A stretch of 64,000 nucleotides of DNA, from positions 172,732,001 through 172,796,000 of the forward strand of contig NC_042999.1 of assembly GCF_006345805.1 (NCBI RefSeq), written 5' to 3'. Below are positions 1 through 16,001 of this stretch, piece by piece. A program made the position numbers and the translations under genes. Within the stretch, counting starts at the first letter, position 1, and each line of letters begins with the position of its first letter. The notes under the pieces were generated by a model, which was not told the origin of the DNA, made no database searches, and saw only the letters and a list, made by a program, of their open reading frames with translations. The stretch comes from Octopus sinensis (taxonomy: Eukaryota).

Positions 1-19
1 ATGTTATATATACGTAAAT

Positions 20-215
20 AAGATGGTGACCTGGCAGGATTGTTAGCACGCAGAGCAAAGTACTTACCGGCGTGTCATCAGTCTTCATGTCTTGAGTTCA
101 AATTCCGAGGCGGTTGACTTTGCCGTTCATCCTTTCTGGGTCGATAAATTCAATATCATTTGGGCATTGGTGTGGATGTAATCGACTTACCCCCTTCTGC
201 AAAATGGCTGGCCTT
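20..215 (+). mobile_element. tRNA-derived SINE, family A
   Basis: GAGTTCAAATTCC B-box-like motif followed by GACTTTGCC.TTCATCCTTTC.GGGTCGATAAAT, shared with copies at 2335, 28835, 29231, 49040 and 51250. Confidence 0.8.
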
Positions 216-234
216 GTTCCAAACTATGTATATA

Positions 235-302
<68 letters not shown>

Positions 303-3300
303 TTATGTATATAATCAAACCAAATAGTTAAACATTTTAAATGAACAAATAAAAAACAAAAAAAGTAAAACTACGAACGTGAGGACATATTTTTTTATGC
401 ATTTGTGTGTCTGTGAACGTGGCTGTGTGTGACAGCGATTTTTCCTTTTTGTTTTTTTGTGCATATGTTTGTAGTTTTATATCTATTCAGCTAAGTCAAT
501 GCAAACTTTATGTCATCCGAGAAGCATTTTTTTTACGCTCTTTAACATACAGCGTCACCAGGATCGCCATATATTTTATGCTATAATCAGTTTCAAATAA
601 ACGTAATTAACTTGACTGTGAACACTTTTGACTGACCTTATAGAAGTGAATTGAAAATGAACAATAATAGTTGAGATAATTTAGTGATTTAAGTTAAATG
701 TTCAGATTACGGAATCAGTACATAATATTGATTTCGCTGAATCTGACTATCCAAATAAGTAAATGATTTCAGATGTATCAGATGGTTAATCCTCTTCGGG
801 ACTTTCTTTTACTTTTTTTTTACTTATTTTGTAAATCTCTGTGAGAAATGAAAACAGGAAAGAAAAGGTGCTAAAAAATGATAGTTAGTCAAGAACACTC
901 TTTGCATCACAGCTCTTGTGTTTCGAATGCAAAACTTCCGTCATCTCACATTTAATTTGGTAAGCAATTCAGTTAATTAACTACAATTAGTATAGTCTAA
1001 AGCAAAGGAAAAAAGTGAACAATTTTTCTTTTACAGTCAGGTATTATTTTATTTCTGCCAACTGACTGTATTTAACTTCAATACACTTATATGTTGTGAA
1101 GTGGTCTTACATTGGAGTAAATCTATCAGGTAAGATTTACATCATATTGCTATTGTCCTACGATTTGATTTATAATCCACTCAGTGTCGATTACAACGTT
1201 AATCTTCTCCTGTGCTAACAATGATTTTCTTCCTTCGGACCTGATACAATAAGTATAAAGCTTGCTCTGAGTAGATTCAATTTACTGTACTCCCCTTTAA
1301 ATTTGCTGCCTGGTACCATCGTAAGAAATCAATATTCAAACGACATAACGGAAACTGAAGATATCAATTGATGACTCACTTTCAATTTCACATTGAAGCC
1401 ACTTTCCTTTATTTACATCGATAATAAAGATGAAAGGAGAACGAGTTAGCTCTTGTGTGGATTCAATGTACGGGGAATAAAATAGTATTACTTAGGAATC
1501 GAAACTCCTTTGCGAAATTGAGTCCGTCAGCTTAAATCTTTGATCTTCAATGACCGCCATATCCATTAACAAATATTAATTTCTCACTTTGACACAGGCA
1601 CATACATTGTAGATTACGTATGTCATTCATATATTCAGCATCATTGATACTACTGCTGTCGAAAGCATGAAACACGATATTGCCTGGGGAAGGATTAGCA
1701 TATAGATTGTAATGAGCTATAACTGATATTTCTTCAAGTAAATTTAACCCTGCATTCAATTGCACGTGTTTTCAATGCACTTGTGGTCGCACATACTCTA
1801 TGTTCTGTTTTTTACAGGAATAAAAAAAAATACTGTGACGAAAGAGGTAGAGTGTTGAAGAAACTGTTTTCTGCATTTAGTTAAGTCGTTTTATCTTCAA
1901 CTTTTAGATAATTCTATAATGAAACATTCTTTCCATACCCTTTGATTTGTTAATGTGACGACGTCGTTTTAATCGGCTGAGTTTCCTCCCACAAAATGTG
2001 TTACGATGCACCAATGTCAGAAATCATTCAATTTATGATCATTTGGTACAAGCCCAACTTTGTTAACGAGCATTCTCATTCGTTTGAATCAAGTCCAATA
2101 TGTCTTTCTACGTAATGATATATCATTACCAACTCTGAGTAATGGAATAAATAAAATTAAGTCTCTAATATATTAATTCAACGCAGAATAAGAAAGGGTA
2201 TTTAAGTTTCGTTACTAAACATTTTGTATTCCCTTTCCACTGGAATTTACTACATTTTTAATTCGCCAAATATCGAACGCATTAATGTTAGGTAGCAACA
2301 ATATTCACCTTCATTATATTAAGCATTTATAAGGCAACGAGCTCTGATTTCAAAATCGTGGTCGACTTTGCCTTTCATCTTTCTTTCTGGGTCGAGAACA
2401 GTGAGATCTCTGCCTCTAGTGGAAAGAATTATGGTAAGGATGTATTCATTTCTCACAATGGCATAAGGATGTTACATTAATGCAATTAGTTACCTACATT
2501 TACGTTCAAATGTTTGTTGTGGAGTTGATTGAGCAGATATTTTCTTTTCTAGTACAAATGTTTATATTTGTATATCGAGTCTACTAAATCACTGCCGGCT
2601 AAATATCATTTGAGAACTGTAAATGTATCTTAAATCTTGCAAATTTTTTTATACTGCACAATTATGTTTCTAAAGCTCATTAACATATAGATTCGACAGA
2701 ATATGAGACATGAGAAGACGTTGTAGAGACGTTTGCAGTTTTTATACCATTTGAGAAATGATTTTCAGTGCTAAAATTTCCATTATTTTCCTATACTCAT
2801 GTTGGATGAAACGAGATACTGCGAAATACCCTGCCTACATATGATAGAAAAGCTAATTCGTTTCAGTATCAACTTAATGAAATAATGATAGTAAAAAATG
2901 TTGCTGTGTGCGCAAAAATTAGATAGAAATTTATATTTTTAATTTTGATAACTACGTAAAAATGTCTTATCGAAATACTTTTTTTCAGAAACCACTAGAC
3001 AGTATAATTTTTGAAGAAAAATATGTATAAATTATTTGCCGATGCGGTAAATTTGAATTTATCAGTAAAGATGTTTTGATTTAAAAAAAAAATACAATAA
3101 AGAATTTCTTTAAATTATAATGCTTTAAGTTGTGAGAGTTTTAAACACTTTGGTGTCCAAAAAGTTATAGGAATTGAATTTTAGTATGAAACGATATATA
3201 TAATATTTAGCACAGACATTCTGGTTTTAATGGATGACAACGCATTCCATATTTAGAAGTGGAACTGCCAGAACAAGATAGCGAACTTGACGTATTTAGT

Positions 3301-4919
3301 TCCAATTTCTTGTATCTCGTGACTACTCGAGACACTGAGACATAATTTGATTTTTACCTAGGATGGATAAAAAGAAATCATTTGCAATAGATTCAACTAA
3401 ACTTCTTACCTGTATATTTTTGTAATAAATCAATATTATTCGCAAAGCAGTGTGTTAGATGGGACAGTGATCCATCTATTAACCTATCCCCTAAGTTCAT
3501 TACTACATTATGTATTTTTAACATTTGAATTCAAATTATACATGACTAATATGTCTTGTTCACATTATCGATCTTGTAAATATGGATCTAATGGCACCCG
3601 CATTACATAGGTGTACCCAGAATGCCAAATGAGAAAATTAGATACTGTATGACATTTATTCCTTACACACATGCGTTTGCTAATAATGCCACTTCATTTT
3701 ATAATGAATGATCTTTTAACAAAAGGGGATGCTGATTTAATTTATCGACACAAAAGAGATGAAGAACTTATTTGATATCGGTAAGATCTGAACTCTGTAT
3801 TTAAATAGTGATGCATTTTCCGTAGAGTGTATGGCCATTCTTCTTTCCACACTGTATAAACGATTGTGTCAACGCTAATGTAAAGCAATCCTGTAGATAT
3901 TTTCTCGAGAATGACGACGACGTCAAAACCAACGCACTAAGAAATCTGAACGTAGCGAAGCAAATCTAAATACTATAATGTATTTATTCCGGCGTGCTGT
4001 TGTCTCGACCATTCTGAATGTATCATTGTTTCCGTATGTATGATAAATGAGAAAATAAAATTCTTGACATGAAACATCTGTTGAATATACATCGTATTCA
4101 ATTAGAAACAAAACCCGGGCTAACTGTTTACCGAGTCAGTTGCCCTTTAGCCAGAGTAGATTGAAAAGGAAATAAAAAATATATATATAATTGTGAGTTA
4201 GCATTTTACTTGGGGAAGTTCCTTTTATCTATAATCAATAAGAAGCAGATTAATGTGTGTTGATCGAAGGGAACAGCAATCGAGTGAAGTGTTGTACATT
4301 GTCAGCTGGCGTCTTTCTACGAAAGCCGGATAATTTTCAGCATCGCTAGTTATTGAGGTAAAATTACGCCGACAAGGGCGCTGGATTGGTCGATGTTATT
4401 GGTTTCTTGTTACTACAATGCAGTGAGAGATAAAGAAGGAGTTGGGAGGGCAGATCGGAAGAAAGAAAGAGGGACATAACTTAGCACAAGATGAGTTATT
4501 GCTAGATAAAGTGAACGGAAGAGTTAAAGGGAAATATAAGTGGGGCCGTAGAAGATGAAGGCGACAGAGAGCATAATGTATTCAGAACGTACTATATGAG
4601 GGAGAAGTAAGGCTGAAGACGTCGATGCGTTCGATAAAATAGAGAGGCAGACAATCAAGGAAGGAGTATTTAAGAGATAGTGGGAACAATAGAGTTACAG
4701 TGAGTAATATACAGAGAGAAAGAGCTGGAGAGAGGAGACAAGGAGTAGAATACAAGCGAGATTAAATTGGAGATAAAATATAATTGATTACAAAAGGAGG
4801 ACATCGTGAGAGAGAAAGATAGAGAAGGAAAGATAGACAGAGAGAGAAGGAAAAAGCGACAGAGAAAGAGAGAGGTACACAGAGAGTAAGATAGACGGAG
4901 AGAGAAAATGAGAAGCAGG

Positions 4920-4950
<31 letters not shown>

Positions 4951-5994
4951 TAAGAGAGTAATGAATAGTTATAAACACTTGGAGAATAGAGAAATCAGAC
5001 AAGTTAAGCGAGGCTGTCTTAAGGTCGAAGGGTGCCATATTTGTTTAAAGAAAGGAAATGAAAAGATGCGTAAGACGGAAGATCATTGAAAACAGTAGAA
5101 GATACGGATAAGCAGAAAATGGTTACATTTCTTCCACATTTCCTTCCAGAAATGACTTATTACTAACGCATTTATTTCATTCAATTCAAATTCTAATCAC
5201 ACATTTTTGTATATTTGTTTATCACTGTATATATGATTAGCTAATAAACCAATAAATCCAGAGGTATTACTGGTTAAGTCTACACTAGCATCGTAAGATA
5301 AATACAAGCAATATTCACGAAGGAAACAAGCAAGAATGGGGCTAAAAAACACACCGAAAATTAAGAACAAAATTAACACTCAATACCAAAACACTGTAGA
5401 GGAAATTGCAACATCCTTGAACTCAAATTTGAATATTCTTGATGGATTTATTATTCCACCAATTTTTTCACAATCTTACAATCTCGTCTGTGTTATTGTC
5501 AGTAAAGAATTGTTTTAGATCCCGCGGGATCTAAAACGAAATGCAATAGATCTGGACATTACATCTAGACAGACATTGTGTTTCCACCCGTTTTAAGCCA
5601 AAACACAGTGTCTAGGAGATGCACAATGTGAACGCCTACTTTTGATGCAAGTCTTATAAAGTGCCACTCTAATGTTCAAAACCGCAAACATTAAGTAAAT
5701 TTTCACTTCGAATATTTGCATAAAGTGGCACTGCAAGCTCAGTCGGTAAAAAGAAACAGATGGAATGAATCATTAACGATGTGTAAAAGACATTTTTGTC
5801 TTTTTATTATTTGGATTATAATTTATTCTTCTCCAAACCCACATTGCGGTATGATCGTCGTGAAAACTGGATTTTCTACGCTTGAAGAATTGAGGCATTT
5901 CTCTAGAACCCAACAGTGTTGATAGACCTGAATCCGGGTTGAGTGGTTCTCTTGAAATAACTCTCCAAACATTATACCCGACCACGTCTTTACA

Positions 5995-6961
<967 letters not shown>

Positions 6962-8439
6962 TCTCAAACAAAGGATGTCTTTGTGTGTGTCTGTCTGTGT
7001 ATTACTGATGCATTTCTACAGTTTTCAACCGATTTTCACTTAAGTTTGCACACACAGTAATTATGTGCCAAAGATGGTCATGCATTATGACATTTTACTC
7101 GGAGCTCTCGTGTAGTGCGAGAAACCGACTGGGAAAAGGGTTTCACTTGGAATTTTCTCTAAAAGTTGCCGTTTTCAATCGATTCCTTCCGCTTGACTGC
7201 TGCAGTTTTCAAGCGATTCTCTCATGTTTCTGTCTGTTTATTTATCCCTTCTTTTTCTTTTCCTCACTTTCACCCTCTGCTATATTTTCTCTCTTTAAGT
7301 CTATGTCTGTTCTTTTTTTACTCATTCTCTCTCTCCCCCCTCTCTCTCTTTGGAGATTGACTCTAGTGTATTTCAGTCGTGGCGTACGTAAATATCTTTG
7401 TCTTCACGCCATTTGTACGCCCTCCCTATAACATTACTTTACTTTAATTTTTTTGCACTCCAACAATTTAAATATTTACATTTTCTCCCTATTGAAAACT
7501 GCTTTGAAACTGCTGGTAAGCCTTCATTACTAACCAATGAGAATTCAACCACGCCACTGAGACTTAATGCGTTAGAAGACATCCTACAGTAGCTCAAGTT
7601 ATTTTGTTGAAGCTATTTTCTTCTACAGTTTTATACACCGAAATGGGGATTGTAGTTTCTGTCTAGGAATTGACTTTCTTGTGTGATATAATATCGTTTC
7701 ACTTTTATTGTCTCACTTTGACTTATAATGTGAGAAACTATAACATTGTTTCACATCTATTTATGCACTTTCGTGTATATGTATGCGCGTTCGATACGTA
7801 GAGACAGTAAAGAACAACGACGACGACAACGTCATATATATGAGTGTGTATATATCTCTGAGTGTATGTGCGTGGGTGTATGGCTGTTTGTGTGTATTTT
7901 CGCGTTAAGTCCATTATTAAATATACACACATCTACACACATATATATACACATGTGACAACTGACAAGTGTTAATGTATGTATGTGTCTCTTTCACTAT
8001 ATGTATGTGAGTGTGTATGTGTGTGTATCGTCACATGTTGTATATGAATGCGTATGTGTCTGTCAGTGTATGTGTTACGCCCGTTACGCCGTGTGTGTGT
8101 TACGCCCGTTACGCACGTAATTAAACACACACATACATCTACACATACGTATACATATGTGACAAGAACAGCTGAAGGTGAAACTCTTGACAAAAAAGAA
8201 TTATGTGGACGGTCCAAGTTATATAAAAATACATATCTACCGTTCAATTAACAGTTCATAATTACTGTAGCAGTTACAAGGTTGCAAAGTATTAACATTT
8301 TGCTTATATTTGGTTAATTTACACAACATACAAAAATATAGGCATATTACATCCATACAACTGCTTATAAAAATAGAAATTAATATATTTTTCTATATTC
8401 ATAACCTTTGTTTTTAAATATTGAAAAAATAAGTCGCCA

Positions 8440-9020
8440 TAGGGAAAATTAATCTTTCCAGAAACACCTATAAAGCAAGGAGGAGTACAGAAAATCGAAG
8501 TTGAGAGTCTCAAGAGATAAGGTACATGAGGTTTTCTCAACATCAGCAAAGGCATGTTGCAGCACGTGAGATAGAGTCTAAAACCAGAAGGGATATAACA
8601 CTTTCTAAAGGTCACCAAACGCAAACCCCAGCATGCTAAATGCATTCACAAAAGAGACGGTTAAGGAGATTTCCCCAGCATCAGAAAAGCCATGCTGCAG
8701 TACGTCTAATGGAGTTGCAAGACAGAAGTGAGATGAGACTTTCTCAAAATCAGCACAGCCATGCTGTAGCACATCAGATGCAGTCTAAAAAATGTAGGGA
8801 GATGAAGCTTTCCTAAGATTAGCAAAGGCATACTGCAGCATTTAATGTCGAATAATTAAAACAACATTTAGCGCGCCACATTACACAGAGGTCCAATAGA
8901 ATAGCTATCAGAAACATACCACGTGCAAATTCGTTCTTCACAACATCTGCAGCTGCTTTCAGATATGATCCATCCTATTTGTATAAAGATGATAATTCTG
9001 TCGACATTCGTGTGCTAAAC
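8440..9020 (+). mobile_element. Helitron Rep N-terminal relic with ~69-72-nt coding repeats
   Basis: About 5 degenerate units encoding RLSQ.QQRHAAAR-like peptides followed by AAFRYDPS...VDI, as in animal Helitron Rep N-termini; contains stops. Confidence 0.55.
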
Positions 9021-9251
9021 TATATATATGTGTGTGTGAGTGTGTGTGTGTGTGTATGTGTGTGTGTGTGTGTGTACATATGTATATAAAGGGAAAGTTT
9101 ACGAAAATAAACAAAAGACGAAGATAGGTAGTGTACAAAGCAAACAGATGCATTAGTATAGCGCTCAGGAATAGAAAAATGTATACATATGTATATACAT
9201 GTCTATATACATATACATATATATACTTATATATATATATATATATATATA

Positions 9252-9334
<83 letters not shown>

Positions 9335-9399
9335 GTGTGTGTGCACATACCAACAAGTATTATATATATGAGTATATGTATAAGTATATATATATGTTT

Positions 9400-10395
9400 T
9401 TAAGGGGATTTTTAAAAACACAATTGTTTTTAAAAATACCATAAAATCTTTTACCAGGATGTTACTCTCTGTTTTGGGAGGAATCCTTTTTCCTAGCATT
9501 GACAGCTTTCGGCTAACCTTTTCAAGCACACCTGCTCTTAGGTAATGTATGAAACTGGAGGTTGTTATTTTTTTATTAGTAGTTCATTAATAATTTCAGA
9601 TTTATTTTCTGACTTTTGTTTTCTTAAATTATTATTCTTTTGTCTTTCTTAGTTAGTCATGAATATTCTTTTGCCCTTGTTTATCATATATAGTATTGGT
9701 TATTTCCGGTTAAATTTCGGATTCAGAATTCATATATTGTACTCTTCTTTTACCTTTCATATGTGAAAATACTCACAATTTATTTTGTAAAATGGGAACA
9801 TTTTTAATTTACCATTTGCACAGATATTTAGATGTTCATTGCATAGGACATTTCTAATCCCTAATTTATTGTTTAATCACATTTACACGACTGGTCTCTT
9901 TCGTTTCTGTCTTCCCAACGTAGTGGGAATTTGATGCAGTATTTGAGGTTGTTTGTTTTGTATTTCATGTTTGCACTCACTTTTAATTCGTTCCCATTCT
10001 TGAAACTTTTAGTTGTCCCTTGCTCAATTAATTCAAATATTCCACAACATAGGGCTACACAGTTGGTTACTTACTTACATCGTTTTCAAATGTGAATTTC
10101 GCTAGGTGGTTGTCTTCGAATGTTGATAACTTGTGATTTTTTAGTTATTTGTTAGAGATTTGGTGATTGATGTCGAATTGGAACGTATCGTTTGGCTGAG
10201 TGCAGGATGTTGTGGTCTCTAGGATTATGCGGGACTAGAAACGCAATATTTGTATTTTTGTTTCCACACTTAGCCTGAGGCTTTCTCCGTAAGGTAGAAA
10301 TCTGGGTTCATTTTGCTCTGGTTATCGCATGTTGAATTAACTTGGGATATTTTCGTTTCTGAAGTAATATATGAAGTTCTGCCAGTCGTTTCTAT
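9400..10395 (-). mobile_element. Degraded Penelope-like element (RT C-terminus/linker + GIY-YIG) with 3' region
   Basis: Minus-strand translation across stops and frameshifts: [27 protein letters not shown]...HNPRDHNI...RRQPP...FKNG...NLKYCIKFP...MFPFYK...KEEY..ILNPKFN, matching PLE linker and GIY-YIG motifs. Confidence 0.75.
9491..9530 (-). ncRNA. Degenerate hammerhead-like core in the Penelope 3' region
   Basis: Minus strand reads TGTGC-TTGAAAA-GG(TTAG)CC-GAAA-GCTG-TC-AATGCT. Helices I and III do not pair canonically. It lies downstream of the Penelope ORF relic on the same strand. Confidence 0.4.
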
Positions 10396-10420
10396 TTTAT
10401 ACATATATGCATACATACTT

Positions 10421-10469
<49 letters not shown>

Positions 10470-10483
10470 CATGCACACACACT

Positions 10484-10575
<92 letters not shown>

Positions 10576-11412
10576 TTTATACATATATATAATACACACA
10601 CACACATATGAATTAATTGTGTAAAATAAAATTATTCTTTGAAAATATATTTTTGTCAGGTAAATAGCTTTTATTTACGATTTCAAAGTAGATATACCAT
10701 AGCGTATATGGCCAAGGAATGAATGAAAATACGTTGAAGGATTCGATAACATATATAGTCTGTTGAAAAAGTCCATTCATTGGCAGATGTAAAGAAATGT
10801 GGAAAATATGTGAACTGAATTAAAAGACGATAATTAGAAGTGAAAGAAGAGCATTAGGGAAAATATTTGTTATTTATATAGTGCACAATCGAAAAGGGAA
10901 ATATGAATAACAAACTTCACATAAATAAAGATATATCAACTCCACTGTGAATTGAGAACTTTTTTGTTGATATTGTTATAGCGTCAATCTAACGGACCAA
11001 GCAGATTTTTTTTAAAATTGATTATCAATAACACACCAGCTATTTTGTTCAAAGGAAACTAAGAAGCCGTAATTACTGCATATTTATTTCGCAGAAAAAA
11101 TATTTAGGAGTTTATTTAATTCCAGGAATTTGATTTGTTGAATGTATTTTATAGTATTCTGATATTTTAATTGTTTAGAAAAATAGGCTATAAAGTTGAT
11201 ACGGATAAACATTAAAGACCATTATTAAGGTGTAAAAAAATAGTGATTAAATATAATACGTCTTTTTGCATTCCTATATTTAGTTCAGATATACACACAT
11301 ATATATACATATATGTGTATGTTTGCGTATGCATGTATATATACAAATATGTACATACAGGCATATGTGCATGCAATAATATTTACAGATATATATATAT
11401 TATATATATATA

Positions 11413-11475
<63 letters not shown>

Positions 11476-13214
11476 AATGCGCACACACAACACATATATA
11501 GTAGCATACGGGCTCATATTTATATTCGCAGTGTATGTGTTAGGAAAAAATCAATATACAATACTGTAAACCATTAATACAATTTTTCAGACTACTTCAG
11601 AATTATGTGTGTGCGCATATACGTGAGTGTATAGATAAATAGATGGATACATACATACATATATGTGTGTGAGGATGTATGTGTCTATGTATGTACGTAT
11701 GATGGTATGTACATATATAGATAGATATAGATATGTGCGTGTGGGGGTGTATGTGGATGTACGTATGTAGTTATTATAGTGTGTGTCTGTGTGTGTGTGT
11801 GTATGGAACTACCTGTTTGTATATCTCTAAATTTGAGAATACAATGAAATATCAGTTACTGCAACTGATTTATTGAGGTCTCGAATTCTTATTTGTAATG
11901 TGAAATGAGAGGGTAGAATACTGAATGGTGTAGGAAAGGTATGAAAATGTTGATTATATTACATAAATATGAAATGAAATACTTTCATGGACTCTCTAAA
12001 ATAATTTCCACTATCAAAACGTGTAAGTTAGTGGGTTAACGTATTTAAATATATTCTCTAAAACCTAGTGGTTTTATATGCTTCACGATACATGTAATAT
12101 ATTAACCATTCGTGTGACGGCTGGGTTAGAATTACACAAAAGGCCATGGGGTCCAAGGAATCGCCTTTTATATTTGCTCATTTCCACACTGTTCATAAAG
12201 TAATATTTGTTAAATCCTTTATATCTAAAAGAAAATAACTTCACAAAAGGCCAATGATGTCCAGTTGGACCACAATGACCATAAGTGTATTATTATAGCA
12301 TGTATATCACCGGAGCTGAGTTGCTCCAGATGTAGAGATATCCATGCGTGTTTGATAGGTGTAGCATTACATAATTGTATTCCGAATGGCACATATGTAA
12401 AATAGAAAGTAGATTATCATAAGATTTAAGGGTTTAAAATTAAGAAGGTTTTTGTTCGCTTGTTAGGTTGTTTTGAATTTTAGTATTGTTTTCCACTTGA
12501 TATTAAAGCGTGTAATTTTCCCTTCAAACTTCAAATATAATCCGAAAGGGACAAGTCTGATTTCTCCTAATCCATAATGTTATATGCCATGTGCATGAAG
12601 AAAACTTTTTAAGTAAACTGTTTTTAGGTCCTGGTTAACAGTAGCTTTGGGCTTGTCTTCGCTGTGTTAGTTTTAAATAGTAGGGCTCGTGTAAATCCCA
12701 CAGAATGGATAAAATTATGAGGAACTATTTAAGAAAGAAAGTAGGATTTGTATTTTTATATCATCCATAGTTTAGTTTCCTTTAAATATTGACGTTCGTC
12801 TGCATTCATTTCCTCACGATTCCGTCTGTCTTGTCTTTTTCCTCCTTTTAAATCTTCTCGCTATCCTACTTTGATTCGTGCTCTACATCTGCACATCTTT
12901 TCTCGGGAAGCTTGCAGTCGAATTTCTTGTGAATCTAGAATTTAGGCAAAATTAATCCTTAAAAACAAATATGAATTTTTAAGCTAGCAGATAATAAATA
13001 ATTGCACCTATGGGTATGCAATAGTCGCTCTTAGAAAAATTCGTTCAATAAAAAATAATACTTTCCAATATCAACACATCATCAACAACAACACCTCTGT
13101 TTACTTCTCTCCCTTTTGTTCTCTCTCACTCTTTTTCTCTCTCTCAGTTTGACTACCCTCACTGTCCATCTGTATCTACCTCTTCCTTCACCTAACTTTT
13201 AACCACGTTATAAG

Positions 13215-13280
13215 TACTAACAGAAATACCCGGCCTTGCTCGGGATTAAAATTGCATAGATTTTCATTGCTTTATTCGAG
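13215..13280 (-). mobile_element. Helitron 3' terminus, second diverged copy
   Basis: About 60 bp homologous to 62258-62320; hairpin CCCGAGCAAGGCCGGG, terminal TTAG. Confidence 0.5.
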
Positions 13281-15903
13281 TTGTTCAAAGCAGTTAAGCA
13301 AACTTTATGTTAAATACCCTCGTGAGTTCTGTTTCTGATATTCCTTATATATCTCGTTTGTCATCTTGTTTATGACAACGATCTGACTTCATGGTCTCTT
13401 TCGAATAAACCTCACTTTTGAAGCACTGAGACCAGTTTTTCTGATAAGTTCTCCACCTCACTGTCCACGACAACTTTATGGTTGCTGCGCTTCCAATCAT
13501 ATTCCTAATGCATGAATGTTGCTCAGGTGTACAGTCAACTTATCAACCACTTTGACTGCGCTTTTTTTAACTTCATAAACTACACTGCATGCGAGCATTG
13601 CACTTCATTGTGTATTTAAATGAAACGGGTGTCTAACTGGAAAATCAATTTGGGTGCTATTGACTCGATATTCGAAACAGAGTTTCCAAATCCTTCGGTT
13701 ACTCTTCAGTTCACTACTTTGAGTATGGTGATTTCGAATCATTTGGTTGCACTTAATCCTGCGAAGTAAGGATAAACACCTTTCGTCAATCTGCAGACCA
13801 AGTATACACGCAAACATCCACTGATTCTGCCGTCCCTTCAATCAATCAATTTTTATATAAAGTAGTATTTGGAATTTTATGGCGTATAAGTTTAGTTTTT
13901 ATAAGCATGTATATGAACTGCGGGCATTATATATATACTTTTATACGTGTATGTGTGTATGATGTGTACGCATATATATGTATTTGGTTGCTTAGTTACA
14001 TTGCCTTCGTACGCTGTTGCTTGAGCATTGTAGTCGTCCTCCGTTCAAATCCTTGTCCCTCCTTGACATGTCTTTCACGTACCTACAAAATGTTTGACCA
14101 TAATTCAATAACTTCAATTCTTTTTACTTACTACATTCGACGAGGGGACTTCGAACATGCTTTCCTGATATTCCCATGTACGTTACTTACCTCCAACACC
14201 AAACTTCATCTTGTACAGTTAAAATTCCTAATACAGGCATAAACCAACCATTTGTTTACAGAATTTGTGGTGGATTATATCAGTTGCAGTCCTTGACCAT
14301 TTCTAATTTAAGTGATCATCAAAGCATTTAAAATCAATTCTTTTATCTGAGAGATTTGTTTCGAACAACGTATACGACATTCTGCTGAATATACATTTCC
14401 GGAACAGATTGTGCTAGTACACTGTGATCTATTCTTCATTATACTGATTATTATTTATCATAAGCACGATTCTTATAAGTGGAATGCTGAAATTGATTTA
14501 AAAGAAGCAGTCAATGGCACATACGTATTTCATCATCATATGGGTCAGGAAGACACGGTACCTGCCTCTTTTAATGTTTGATCTGCTTTCATAATATTGA
14601 TCGAACGAAGACGAAAGAAAAAGATGAAACTGGAGTGGCTTGCTTTCATATTGCAAAAGAATGGAACTAAACTGGATACGGATTTTAATTATACATCACT
14701 GTTATGAATATTACTCATATATTTAAGGAACGTTTTTTTTAATTCCACTTCCTCAATACTCGACTTTTCACCATACATATTCCTTCATCAGTTTACATTC
14801 GTTTCTCTGTTCGTTAAGAGCATATGTTACATCTTTTCACCAATGAAACAAGGCAGGCTCTATGCGGTGCGTCGGTCTCTTAGAAATAGCAGTTAAATAA
14901 AGCAAATATAATAGAGAAAACGAATCTCACTGGCCAGTGACAGGACATCATTAATGATGTTAATTCGAATAGGGGCATCTGATTGGATATGGTGCAAATT
15001 ATCAGGCCGAGGTGAACAAATATTGCTATACTTCTCTATAGAAATATTCAGAGCCTTTTATTTCCGTTAGTCGGGCTGGGGGTAATATACAAACTGCAAT
15101 CAGATATTGTACAGTGAAAAAGAAATATTTTTTGTTAATCTTCAGAACCAAGTTTAAGTACGACTGAATTTAAATATTTCCAAATCGAATGCAAATTCGA
15201 CCTCTTGATTCTCTCTCAGCTAATGGAGGAAATCATAAATACTAATTATTACTATCATTATTCATTATTGCTTCATAACCCCTGCGTTTCCATCTCTCTC
15301 ACTCTCTCTCGCTTTCACTCCCTCTCAACGTATCTATTTATCTGTGTATATATGCATAATTTGTATTACTGTATGTAATAGTAGTAGTAGTAGTTGTAGT
15401 AGTAATTAATCCCTCGTATTATATTTTTGCATCATATATATATATTCTGCATTATGTATTTCTGTCACCTATTCCTTATTCTTTACTGCCTATCTATTTT
15501 GCCAGGGTGTCTTAACAGAGCTTGAGCAGCACAAAACACACCAGTTTTCAGCACTTAAAGGGGTATTTATCTCTTCTACTCTTCTCTTCAGAATGGCTTC
15601 ATTTGTTTGTGATTCTCTCTCGCTTTAGTACGCATATCATTTGTGTTTCTGTCAGTTTGCCTGTTGCCTGCATCACTGTCGCTATTGATTTTTCATCCTT
15701 TTTGTTCTGTATATATGTATATATGTGTGCACACAACCTATACGCTCACTTTTGAAATCTACATTCTAAACCAAATTATATATATGTATATATATATATG
15801 TGAGTATGTATGTATGTATATATAAATATATATATATACATAACATATATATATATATATGTGTGTGTGTGTGGTGTGTGTGTGGTGTGTGTGTGTGTGT
15901 GCG

Positions 15904-15943
<40 letters not shown>

Positions 15944-15958
15944 CATATATATATACAT

Positions 15959-16001
<43 letters not shown>

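Noticed and set aside
1547-1765. 72-aa minus ORF ending FVNGYGGH, faintly like a helicase Walker A region or a Kelch blade
   Set aside because: Bounded by stops, no GKT, no consistent continuation in adjacent frames and no splice support.
12102-12125. TTAA-CCATTCG, resembling a piggyBac terminus
   Set aside because: No matching opposite end or transposase found.
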